A stretch of DNA of 38,907 nucleotides from an uncultured virus (IMG/VR IMGVR_UViG_3300028920_000031). Its lineage: Duplodnaviria > Heunggongvirae > Uroviricota > Caudoviricetes. Both the position numbers and the translations under genes were made by a program. The stretch lies in IMG/VR virus record IMGVR_UViG_3300028920_000031; one strand, 5' to 3'. Shown piece after piece: positions 17,079 through 25,738 of this stretch; position 1 is the stretch's first letter; each line of letters opens with the position of its first letter. The notes below the pieces were generated by a model. The model was not told the origin of the DNA. It ran no database searches and worked only from the letters and a program-made list of their open reading frames with translations.

Positions 17079-17843
17079 TTATCTCTCCGTTGTTCTGGTG
17101 TTCCAGAGGTCGACGGCCTCCTTCATGCAGTAATTCTGGCCGCCGAGAAAGCATCCGTTGTCCGGGTGGTGAAGCCCCGGAATTCCGTATTGCATCCTGA
17201 ATATCAGTCTCGTCCTGCAAAAGGGGCAGGGTTTGGTATCCGCCAGCACATTGATGAAGAAGGCGGCCTCTTCGGCATTTTCCTTCTCCGCTTCGCCATA
17301 GTCCCGTCCGTCGTCGGGAAAGCGCGGATCTGGCGCGGGCCTTGCGAGCTGGACCAGCTTTTCTCTGCAGTTCCACTTGTCCAGCATCTCTTTCTCGATT
17401 CGTGCCGCAGCAAGCATGCACTCGGATTGATAAGGGTGCTGGAGCCATGCCCCGGCATGGTTTTCCTTAAAATCCAGGGATGCCCCGCACATCGGGCAGG
17501 GCAGGGCCGTCTTGGCTGCGGACTGCATCTCCTCCTTTCGTTTTTCGATCTTGGCCGACTCTTCCGATGACGGGATGTCTATCTCGATCCGTATTGGCGC
17601 ATCTACGATTTGTGAGAGCCTTTTTCCGACGAGCTCGGCCTCGCTCTCGAGGATGATGTGCGGCGTTTTGAGCCTATAGAGCTGCCTGAACCGCAGGATG
17701 GACTGGAGCAGGCGGAGCTCCACGGCACACACGACGGCACCGTCGGGCTGCTTGACGGTTCTCTGCGGAATGCTGAGAAGCCTTCTTGTCGCCTCTATCC
17801 AGACCTCCAGATCCTCGTCTGTTGGCGCCGCGCGCGGTTCCAT
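17079..17843 (-). CDS. protein with two Lar-like zinc-finger repeats (254 aa)
   Basis: LPCPMCG..HP..C..KWN and KPCPFCR..HPDNGC..LWNTR. Confidence 0.7.
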   Translation of the reverse strand: MEPRAAPTDEDLEVWIEATRRLLSIPQRTVKQPDGAVVCAVELRLLQSILRFRQLYRLKTPHIILESEAELVGKRLSQIVDAPIRIEIDIPSSEESAKIEKRKEEMQSAAKTALPCPMCGASLDFKENHAGAWLQHPYQSECMLAAARIEKEMLDKWNCREKLVQLARPAPDPRFPDDGRDYGEAEKENAEEAAFFINVLADTKPCPFCRTRLIFRMQYGIPGLHHPDNGCFLGGQNYCMKEAVDLWNTRTTER

Positions 17844-17845
17844 GG

Positions 17846-18790
17846 CTATTCGATCTCCCCTCTCGATTGCATGAAAGCTCCGCCGTCGGGGCTCCAAAAG
17901 CCGACCAGCCGCCAGCTCCAGCCCTCCATCTCGTTCATCGACATGAACCCGCAGCCGAAAGGGACTACATGTGCCTGATCTATTGAAACAGTTTTCTGCA
18001 CGAAGCCGTCCCGCATTTGGATGACGAACCCTCTCGACGGATGGGCCTCGCAAAATTCAGTCCAGTCCCCGTGCTCACATGGCTGAAAGCCAAGAGGCAG
18101 CTCCGAGATCTCCATTCCGAACCTGCTGATGCACCGCTCTTCGAGATAGTTGAGCATGTCCCTGGCGTTGGCAAGATAGAGTGCGAGCGGGGACAGGAAG
18201 TCGGACATGGACCTGAACTGGTCGGCGGGCACGGCGCTCTCGTTGCAGAGGAAGAGGTTGAATTCGCTGTTAAACATCCGGCATTCTTCCGCAGGAAGAT
18301 GTATTGTGTTGTTGCAGTACGTGTGCAGTGCGGCGGCGTGATTCGTCAGTGTTTCTCGCAGGCGGACCTCGTCGGAGGACGTTTCGTCACTGGAATGTTC
18401 GTTTGATGCGAATTGAGAGGGGACGTTCATGGCGGCGGCGATGCGTCTTCTGGTTTGCAACATGAAAGCCGTAAGGTCCTCTTCCGGCGTGGAGTCGCGT
18501 GCGACAATGGGGCGCTCTTCCGTCATTGCGGCATGTATGACGTCGTTGTCCGCTTTGCATCTTTCTTCTTCATAAGTGTGCAGGATTTCCGGGACGAGAG
18601 TGACGAGAGTCTCAATTAGCACTTCTCCGGCTTCGGTTAGCTCCCAGCGGAGCGTCCCGTCGTTTCCGGGACCTGTCGTCAGCAATCCGTAGCGTTTCAG
18701 ATCAAAGGATCCGACGAAAGTGTCCGGCATTTCGGCATTCTGGGAGAGCTGGAACAGGGCTTCGATATGTTTCTTGCTCAGTTTCGGCAT
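17846..18790 (-). CDS. multi-domain hypothetical protein (314 aa)
   Basis: N-terminal wHTH-like segment (WELTEAGE); start trimmed to MPKLSKK. Confidence 0.65.
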   Translation of the reverse strand: MPKLSKKHIEALFQLSQNAEMPDTFVGSFDLKRYGLLTTGPGNDGTLRWELTEAGEVLIETLVTLVPEILHTYEEERCKADNDVIHAAMTEERPIVARDSTPEEDLTAFMLQTRRRIAAAMNVPSQFASNEHSSDETSSDEVRLRETLTNHAAALHTYCNNTIHLPAEECRMFNSEFNLFLCNESAVPADQFRSMSDFLSPLALYLANARDMLNYLEERCISRFGMEISELPLGFQPCEHGDWTEFCEAHPSRGFVIQMRDGFVQKTVSIDQAHVVPFGCGFMSMNEMEGWSWRLVGFWSPDGGAFMQSRGEIE

Positions 18791-18884
18791 CGGTCTCTCT
18801 TTTTTGCTGCGAATACCGCCATTGTCCGTTGTGTCCGTTACTGCCGCCGCAGTGCCGCGGCTCGGGATCGATGTATCTCGACTT

Positions 18885-19127
18885 TCAGGACTGGCAGTCG
18901 GGCTTGGCGTCGACTTCCGCCCTGGTGTTCCAGGACTCGAGTGTCTCGGGCCCGTAGCCCTCGACATGCGGCCGCACGCCGCACTTCTGATTGCGGCAGG
19001 CGATGTGGATGTGGTGCCTGACGCCGTTGACGTTCCATACCTCTGGCTCCTTGCCGCAGAAGGGGCATGCCTTGGCCTTCAGGGACTTCCTGAATTTCTC
19101 GTAGGCCTTGTCGGTCATTCTTCCCAT
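18885..19127 (-). CDS. Lar-like zinc-finger protein (80 aa)
   Basis: ACPFCGK...IACRNQKCG...ESWNTRA; directly behind promoter copy 5. Confidence 0.75.
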   Translation of the reverse strand: MGRMTDKAYEKFRKSLKAKACPFCGKEPEVWNVNGVRHHIHIACRNQKCGVRPHVEGYGPETLESWNTRAEVDAKPDCQS

Positions 19128-19153
19128 GATGCGTTCCCTTTGCTGAATAGGAC

Positions 19154-19182
19154 AACTTAGCATCAAGACGATAAAAGTCAAG
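19154..19182 (-). promoter_or_regulatory. sigma70-like promoter (copy 5)
   Basis: CTTGACT-N16-TAAGTT with extended -10 TG. Confidence 0.7.
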
Positions 19183-19194
19183 TTTTTCGCTTGA

Positions 19195-20597
19195 GTATTA
19201 TTAGCCATCCCGTTCAGCGGAGGCTTACACTGAGATGCCTGTCTTGCCGATTTCTCGGTACGTTGCGTGTCATTAGCCACCCCATTCAGGGGAGGCTTAC
19301 ACGCGCTGGGCGATGCGATCTACGTCGCAGAAGTACTGTGTCATTAGCCACCCCATTCAGGGGAGGCTTACACGCATCATCCAGGAGTGCGGAGACTCCC
19401 ACAATCCCGTGTCATTAGCCACCCCATTCAGGGGAGGCTTACACGGCGCTACTGGGATCAGGATACTGCTCCCTGCCTGCGTGTCATTAGCCACCCCATT
19501 CAGGGGAGGCTTACACCTCCAGACCCTTGGCCCGTGCCCTGTATACCGTGTGTCATTAGCCACCCCATTCAGAGGAGGCCTACACTTTGCTTTCTTGTCT
19601 TCGTCTTCTTCGACGAACTGGCTGTGTCATTAGTCACCCCATTCAGAGGAGGCCTACACCGCCGCAGTCGGATTCCAGATGGGGCGATGGAACGAGGTGT
19701 CATTAGCCACCCCATTCAGAGGAGGCCTACACTCAGCGGGAGCTCGTTTCGAGATTCGTCGAAAGCGTGTGTCATTAGCCACCCCATTCAGAGGAGGCCT
19801 ACACGTGGCACCCGCATTGATGATGAAGGCGGGCATAGTGTGTCATCGGCCACCCCATTCAGAGGAGGCCTACACCTGCATCTGTCTGTCTGTTTCCCGT
19901 CTCCCCTATAGGTGTCATTAGCCACCCCATTCAGAGGAGGCCTACACGAGGGGCGAGCGAAGCGAAACCTCTCGTCTTTTCTTGTGTCATTAGCCACCCC
20001 ATTCAGAGGAGGCCTACACGTAGTGAGTACATTACATGTATCGTTGGGCCTGGATGTGTCATTAGCCACCCCATTCAGAGGAGGCCTACACGAACAACGA
20101 GCTCTCTGCGCGGCAGCACGAGAGTCTGGTGTTATTAGCCACCCCATTCAGAGGAGGCCTACACTCCTTCTCTCGTAGATTGAAAGGTAAGTTACACCAA
20201 GTGTCATTAGCCACCCCATTCAGAGGAGGCCTACACGGTCTCCCCGCCCCCAAGTTTTGCCCTTTCGAATGGGTGTCATTAGCCACCCCATTCAGAGGAG
20301 GCCTACACGCCGTGCTAGATCTGGCTACCGCCCTATTATCTATAGTGTCATTAGCCACCCCATTCAGAGGAGGCCTACACCGCGCCAGATCGCGGCGGAC
20401 CGCATGGACGTCGAAACGTGTCATTAGCCACCCCATTCAGAGGAGGCCTACACGGCGAGAGCCGCGGGGGGCAGGTGGGACGACGTCCTGTGTCATTAGC
20501 CACCCCATTCAGAGGAGGCCTACACCGGCAGGTCGGGAAAGGCGATACGGCATGCTGTCGGGTGTCATTAGCCACCCCATTCAGAGGAGGCCTACAC
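19195..20597 (-). CRISPR. CRISPR array 1: 20 repeats (36 nt, GTGTAGGCCTCCTCTGAATGGGGTGGCTAATGACAC) and 19 spacers of 33-38 nt
   Basis: Repeats read directly; degenerate trailer repeat at 19195-19230; leader side abuts the cas12 gene. Confidence 0.99.
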
Positions 20598-20796
20598 CGT
20601 CTGCGTTGTATCTATCTTGTATCTGATGCGTTGTGAGCCAGATTCCGAGCGGTTCCTGAAGTCATGTCTCAGAAACGTGCGTATTTGGTGGTCTCAAGGG
20701 GCATAAGGCGTTCAATATCCGCACCTTCGAGCGGCCATGGCTCGCCGCACTCCCATTCAGCCGCTCGATATTCAGTTGTCAAAGATCGCATCGGCA
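20598..20796 (-). promoter_or_regulatory. CRISPR leader with a boxA-like motif
   Basis: Non-coding gap between the cas12 stop and the first repeat; GATCTTTGACAACTGAATA at 20787-20769. Confidence 0.6.
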
Positions 20797-23262
20797 TCAT
20801 CGCGAATTGCGAGCGGATGCCTTTTGCTCACTGTTTTCACTGCCACAAAGACCTTTGAACGGCTTGTTCAAGACAAGCCCGTCGCGATGGCGGAAGAGCC
20901 TCTTCGACTTGCCTTCGGGGATTCTGTCGGCGAAGGCGTCCCACGGGCGCCGGTCGCCAAACAGTCTCCGGACAATTGCCCGCATGCGGTCGGACTTCGC
21001 CTGCAACCTCTCAATCAGTTTGTCGCGCTCCTCGAGGCGCTTTTTGAAATCCTGGTTGCTTTCGTCCTGCTCGCGCGTCGGCTCTTCGGGAATGTCGAAC
21101 CTGAACCCCTTGGGCTCGACGACGCCATTCCGCTTTTCGAAAGCCATGCAGAAGGGTTCGGCTTCGCGCGTGAGGGCCAGCCAAGCGATGTTCTTTGCGG
21201 CGTTCTCGTCTGCGTCGTAGTCGCGGCGGACGCCTTCGGCATCCAGGCAGCTGACGATCCTGCCCTCCCGGTCTCCGATGACGCGTTGTTCGAAGACCCA
21301 CTGGGACGTGAACTCCGGATCTACCTGGACGAAGCCTATTCCTTCGACTTTCGCCATGAGGCACACGGTGGTTGCGAGCGTGTTCGGAGCCATCAGGTCC
21401 CATATTCTGTTGTCGTCCCTGGACTGCTTGCCTCCGGACGAAGGAAGTTTCTCCATTGCTATGACGCTGGCTCCCGCATCGACTGCGGCGTCAACGACGA
21501 ACCTGGCCAGCTTCTTGCGGACGTCGTTGCGCGCGTTGTGGCGGAGGCGGTAGAGGGATTTGCAGAAGCCCTTGCGGTGCTTGGACTCGTATCCTCCGAA
21601 GTGAAGGCACTTCTTGAGAGAGAGGATGCGGTCTATCAGCCTGCACCAGACGAGTCGGTCGGACAGCGAAAGGCTGACCGTGCAGCAGGCGTGTTCGTGT
21701 TTGTAGTGATTGAACCTGGCGAATATCTCTTTCGCCCATTCTCCATATCCCGTGATTCTGGCCGCCTCCCATACCTGCAGCGGATCGGAGGGCATCTCGG
21801 CTATGGCGTCCATGTAGCGCCGGTAGGCTCCGTCGGCAGAGTCGAAACGCTCCACATCCTTTTCTTTGATCTGGTTGTGCTTGTTGCCGGGATCGGCCTT
21901 GAAGCGCCGAGTGGTCCTGATCAGCCACGCGAGGCAGGTCGCGTCCTTTCGCAATTGTCTGTACTCCTGCCCCTTTTCGGTGAGGGCGTCGCATGTCGTG
22001 TCCATGACCTGGACGTCGGCGGGAAGTCCGTTCTCAAACCGTGACGTCTTGAGTGCGGCACAGAAGGCCGCCCTGTTGATTCCGATATCTACGCCGAGCA
22101 CTACGGCGTCCCGCAGCTCGTCGAGTCCCTCGACCTCTTTCGGCCATTGGCGGGTGAAGGCAGAGTGCTTCCCCGACTTTTGCTTGCCGACGAAAATGTT
22201 CCGCATCGAGTTTTCGATGTTTATCGGCATTGCGAGGTAGAGCTCGACGGAGTTCCCTTTCCGCCGCCAGCAAAATCTCGGCTCTTTGACGACTCCCGCA
22301 CGCGGCCGCTTGCCATTTTCGTCGTAGCGGAAGAGATAGTTGTCGCCGCACTTCTCGACGGCGAAGTCGAAAAGGATATTTCTGCGCCGCCCTTTTTCGG
22401 GGCTTCCGCCCGCTGGAGTGCCGGGGTTTTTCATGCCTGCGTGCTGTCCGTCGCCGACGGAGACGTAGTAGCTTCCGGCCATTGTCGAATTTTTCAAGGT
22501 CAGCCGCAACCCTCGGCCTTCCTTTTCTAGGCAGTAGTCCTTGAGGTAGTTGGCGCCCATGCAGAGAGAATATCCGGTGCAGTCCATTTCGTCGAGGGAA
22601 AATTGGGCGTGGGATCTCATCCTTTCGAGGCGACGTTCCTGTTTCCTGAGCTTGGTCAGAGCTCTTTCATGCCTCTCGAGGCTTTTCGCATCTTCGGGCT
22701 TCACTTCGTTGACCGCCTTCTTGGCCGCCTCTTCCGCCTGAGACGTCTTTTCCTGCTGTTCGGCATATGCCTCTCGCGTCCTGTGGTCGCAGGCCACCCA
22801 GGAGCGCAGTTGCTGAACCGCCTGCTGGAGCACGTTGTAGTCCTCGCCAGAAGTCAGGCCGGTCTTGAAGGGCAGGATGCCTGCATCGCGGAGAGCCTGA
22901 ATGTGCTTGGCCGCCTTGCCGACTGCTGCGGAAGGCGGACATTTGCCGAGCATCGAGCTTTTCAGCGCTCTCGACGATCCGGATTGCCGCAACAGAGCGT
23001 CGCGAAGCCCGGCTGTTACCTCGAAGAATTTCTCTTTGTCCAAATTCGTGTTTCCGAGCTCTTCGTAAAACCCGTCGTCACGACCTTCATATCCCGACAG
23101 GAACAGGCGCAAGAGCCATTTGTATGGCTCCAGATGGAGCTCGTACCGCTTAATGAGCTCCCGTTTTTCCTGGTCCGTCAGAATGACCTTGCCGTCGACA
23201 GCCTTGAGGCACTGTTCCTTGACGAGGTTGCCGACGATCCTTCTTTTCGACTGAAATGCCAT
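20797..23262 (-). CDS. cas12: compact type V CRISPR effector (Cas12-like, 821 aa)
   Basis: RuvC-I VLGVDIG (D392), RuvC-II VIAMEKL (E604), VDPEFTSQ, RuvC-III DADENAAKNIA (D685); adjacent to a CRISPR array; RBS AAAGGAG. Confidence 0.93.
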   Translation of the reverse strand: MAFQSKRRIVGNLVKEQCLKAVDGKVILTDQEKRELIKRYELHLEPYKWLLRLFLSGYEGRDDGFYEELGNTNLDKEKFFEVTAGLRDALLRQSGSSRALKSSMLGKCPPSAAVGKAAKHIQALRDAGILPFKTGLTSGEDYNVLQQAVQQLRSWVACDHRTREAYAEQQEKTSQAEEAAKKAVNEVKPEDAKSLERHERALTKLRKQERRLERMRSHAQFSLDEMDCTGYSLCMGANYLKDYCLEKEGRGLRLTLKNSTMAGSYYVSVGDGQHAGMKNPGTPAGGSPEKGRRRNILFDFAVEKCGDNYLFRYDENGKRPRAGVVKEPRFCWRRKGNSVELYLAMPINIENSMRNIFVGKQKSGKHSAFTRQWPKEVEGLDELRDAVVLGVDIGINRAAFCAALKTSRFENGLPADVQVMDTTCDALTEKGQEYRQLRKDATCLAWLIRTTRRFKADPGNKHNQIKEKDVERFDSADGAYRRYMDAIAEMPSDPLQVWEAARITGYGEWAKEIFARFNHYKHEHACCTVSLSLSDRLVWCRLIDRILSLKKCLHFGGYESKHRKGFCKSLYRLRHNARNDVRKKLARFVVDAAVDAGASVIAMEKLPSSGGKQSRDDNRIWDLMAPNTLATTVCLMAKVEGIGFVQVDPEFTSQWVFEQRVIGDREGRIVSCLDAEGVRRDYDADENAAKNIAWLALTREAEPFCMAFEKRNGVVEPKGFRFDIPEEPTREQDESNQDFKKRLEERDKLIERLQAKSDRMRAIVRRLFGDRRPWDAFADRIPEGKSKRLFRHRDGLVLNKPFKGLCGSENSEQKASARNSR

Positions 23263-23288
23263 ATGAGCTCCTTTGTTGTGGTTGCGGC

Positions 23289-23317
23289 ACTATGGCGCGC
23301 GTATATTGGAAGTCAAG
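23289..23317 (-). promoter_or_regulatory. sigma70-like promoter for cas12 (copy 6)
   Basis: CTTGACT-N16-CATAGT, 26 nt upstream of the ATG. Confidence 0.7.
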
Positions 23318-23593
23318 TCAAAGGGCGTTTTTTTCTTTCGAATCGCCCGTCTTTGTCAGGCCCCCGTGAGCCTGGGGCACGGCTTGCCCCGGAATGATCT
23401 CGTGTCCGCAGTTGACGCACTTCCAAGTCATTTCGGGCCTGTGGCTGAATTCTGCGGGGCTGCAGTTCTCTTCGTAGTGTGCATTCAAGGCGCTTTTTGA
23501 CTTGTAGATCTCCGATGTTAGGCAGGGCACCATTTTGCCGCCCTGGCATTTCGGGCAGTCGATTGGCTCGCAGTGAATGTGGATCTCGTCCAT
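23318..23593 (-). CDS. zinc-ribbon hypothetical protein (91 aa)
   Basis: CPKCQG and WKCVNCGH motifs; RBS GAGG. Confidence 0.65.
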   Translation of the reverse strand: MDEIHIHCEPIDCPKCQGGKMVPCLTSEIYKSKSALNAHYEENCSPAEFSHRPEMTWKCVNCGHEIIPGQAVPQAHGGLTKTGDSKEKNAL

Positions 23594-23633
23594 GATCGCC
23601 TCTTCTTTCGCGCTTGATGTTTGGCGCGCGTCA

Positions 23634-24329
23634 TTATTTTTCAGATTCCTTTTCCAAGTCGTCGTCGAGGCTCTCGTCGTGAAGCACGATGATCGGCTCC
23701 AGCCGCCGGGCGCATTCGCGGAGGCGTCCCGTAAGCTTTTGCATCTCGATGCGGCGTGGAGCTCCAAGCTCATAAGCCTCCTCGATACCGGCCATGGCGC
23801 AGTTGAGCAGCCACTTGAAGTCGTTGTAGTTGACCTGATTGTCATTGGCGGAGGCGATCAGCTCGACGTCTTCGACATTGACGATGGGCATTGTGCTGGA
23901 CCAGTCAACTCGGACGGCTATTTGCGCGGTCGGCTTCATCACTTGGTCCACCTTGCCGATTCGCGTCTCGCCATGCCGCTCGAATTTTACGGTGTCTCCT
24001 CGGGCGAACGGCGTTTCTATTCCGTTCTCGGAAACCCATTTCCTGACAAGTTGCTTGTGGGCGTCGATCAGCTGCGATTCGACGTCCTCGAGTTGTACGA
24101 CGTCTCCGCTCGAGATTGGCCAGCCGCATTCGTGGTCGAGACGTTTCGCGATTTCAAAGGCTTCGGTGTCCTTGAAGTTCGCCATGACTTCGAAGGCGTC
24201 CTTAATCGCTTCATAGTTTCCGTCGGACAGGCCTTTGACGGCAGGACATCCGGACAACACGACCTTGATGTCTAAAGCCGCCCTTTTCCACACTTCGCAG
24301 TTGTTGATGTTTGTCGGTCTTGGTTTCAC
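23634..24329 (-). CDS. hypothetical phage-type protein (231 aa)
   Basis: RBS AAGGA; GTGA overlap; SH3-like C-terminal segment. Confidence 0.7.
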   Translation of the reverse strand: MKPRPTNINNCEVWKRAALDIKVVLSGCPAVKGLSDGNYEAIKDAFEVMANFKDTEAFEIAKRLDHECGWPISSGDVVQLEDVESQLIDAHKQLVRKWVSENGIETPFARGDTVKFERHGETRIGKVDQVMKPTAQIAVRVDWSSTMPIVNVEDVELIASANDNQVNYNDFKWLLNCAMAGIEEAYELGAPRRIEMQKLTGRLRECARRLEPIIVLHDESLDDDLEKESEK

Positions 24330-24661
24330 GATTGGCTTCCTTTTGCTTCATATTGTTCGGCAAGTCGGTATTCGCATTTTTCGTCGCATTCTGCGGCTCC
24401 GGGTCCTCCCGGATCTCCGTAATCTATGGCTCCGCACCTTTGGCAGGTAAATACGGTTTGGAAACACATGGGGTCGAGATTCTTCGGACATGGCCGCCCG
24501 CCGCAGGAAATCCAGTCGTGTCCGAGATGCTTGCAGGTCTGACGGAACTGAATGACGATTCCGACAGTCGGCAGTGGAAGAATATAAAGCCGCCTGTATC
24601 GGCGGTCCCAGTATGCACCGACCCACAGGTCGTACCATGCGAACAGGAATTTTATTCTCAT
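24326..24661 (-). CDS. hypothetical phage-type protein (111 aa)
   Basis: FAWYDLWVGAYWD segment and Cys-rich C-terminus. Confidence 0.65.
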   Translation of the reverse strand: MRIKFLFAWYDLWVGAYWDRRYRRLYILPLPTVGIVIQFRQTCKHLGHDWISCGGRPCPKNLDPMCFQTVFTCQRCGAIDYGDPGGPGAAECDEKCEYRLAEQYEAKGSQS

Positions 24662-24808
24662 TGCGTCGACAATGCGTGTGATCTGTTGTCCAGTTGTAAT
24701 CGCATTCAGAAACTTAGCTCCTGTCCTATGAAATTCAAGCCGATTTCCCGAAAAAAGGGGATTTTGGCGAATACATGGAAAAAATGGAGAGACAAGGAGA
24801 TCGTCCCC

Positions 24809-25738
24809 ATGAACATCACCGAAAGAATTGACGCGCATACGCATGTCCCGGCGGAGAAGCTGGTCGTAAAGCCGCCGTTTCCCGACACCATCAAGATCGA
24901 AGTAACTTCGCGATGCAATTACCGATGCTCGTTTTGTGCCGCTGGAACTGGCTTGCGGGACGTCGGAGACATGGATCCCGAATTCCTGTTCAGAATTCTG
25001 AAAGAAGCCAAGACCGAGGGAGTAAGGGAAATCGGACTGTTTCTCCTAGGTGAATCATTTTTGCTGAAAAGGCTTCCGGAGTACATCAGGTACGCCAAGG
25101 AAGAGGCGGGCATCGAATACGTCTTTATCACCACCAACGGCTCGCTCTGCAGCCCCGAACGGCTGGAGGCCGTCATCGACGCCGGATTAGACAGCCTGAA
25201 ATTTTCGATAAACGCCGGCACCAGGGAAAAATATGCCGAAATGCACGGCGTAGATCGTTTCGAAGAGGTGCTGAAAAACCTTGCATGGCTCGGCGAGCGA
25301 AGCCGGGAGCCCGGCTTTGGCATGAGAACGGCGGTCAGCTCGATTTACATCGAGGAAGACGCCGAGGATCTTGAACGGCTGCGGCAGGAAGTTCTGAAAC
25401 ATGTGGACGACTTCTACTACCTGCCGTTCTACAATCAGGCGGGCCACGTCTGCAGCAAGACCGGTGTTGTGGGCAATCCGGGCAGGCTGGGCAACATGGT
25501 GCCGACAGTCCCCTGCTGGGGCATATTCAACTCCGCGAAAATTTCCTGGAACGGCTGGCTGACCGCGTGCTATTTCGATCACGACCGCCGCTTCGAAATT
25601 GCGGACCTCAACGAGGTTTCGCTTATCGAGGCGTGGCATCATCCCAAGTTTGTCGAACTGAGGCGCAAGCATCTTTCGGGAGACGTATGCGACTCGGTTT
25701 GCGCGGAATGCCTCGGATGCGCCAAAACGACGCCATAG
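24809..25738 (+). CDS. radical SAM protein with SPASM/twitch-like C-terminus (309 aa)
   Basis: CNYRCSFC motif, TTNG, PCWG...NGWLTACYFD...CAEC; RBS AAGGAG. Confidence 0.9.
   Translation: MNITERIDAHTHVPAEKLVVKPPFPDTIKIEVTSRCNYRCSFCAAGTGLRDVGDMDPEFLFRILKEAKTEGVREIGLFLLGESFLLKRLPEYIRYAKEEAGIEYVFITTNGSLCSPERLEAVIDAGLDSLKFSINAGTREKYAEMHGVDRFEEVLKNLAWLGERSREPGFGMRTAVSSIYIEEDAEDLERLRQEVLKHVDDFYYLPFYNQAGHVCSKTGVVGNPGRLGNMVPTVPCWGIFNSAKISWNGWLTACYFDHDRRFEIADLNEVSLIEAWHHPKFVELRRKHLSGDVCDSVCAECLGCAKTTP

Noticed and set aside
19231..20561. Self-targeting spacers within the window
   Set aside because: No match seen by eye for either array; a BLASTN-short search is needed to exclude it
19191..20636. ORFs with repeating SLATPFRGGLH / CRPPLNGVAND peptides
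   Set aside because: Translations of the CRISPR repeats, not proteins
20797..23262. Ordinary transposon TnpB
   Set aside because: About twice TnpB length, no zinc ribbon, no IS ends, and directly linked to a 20-repeat array
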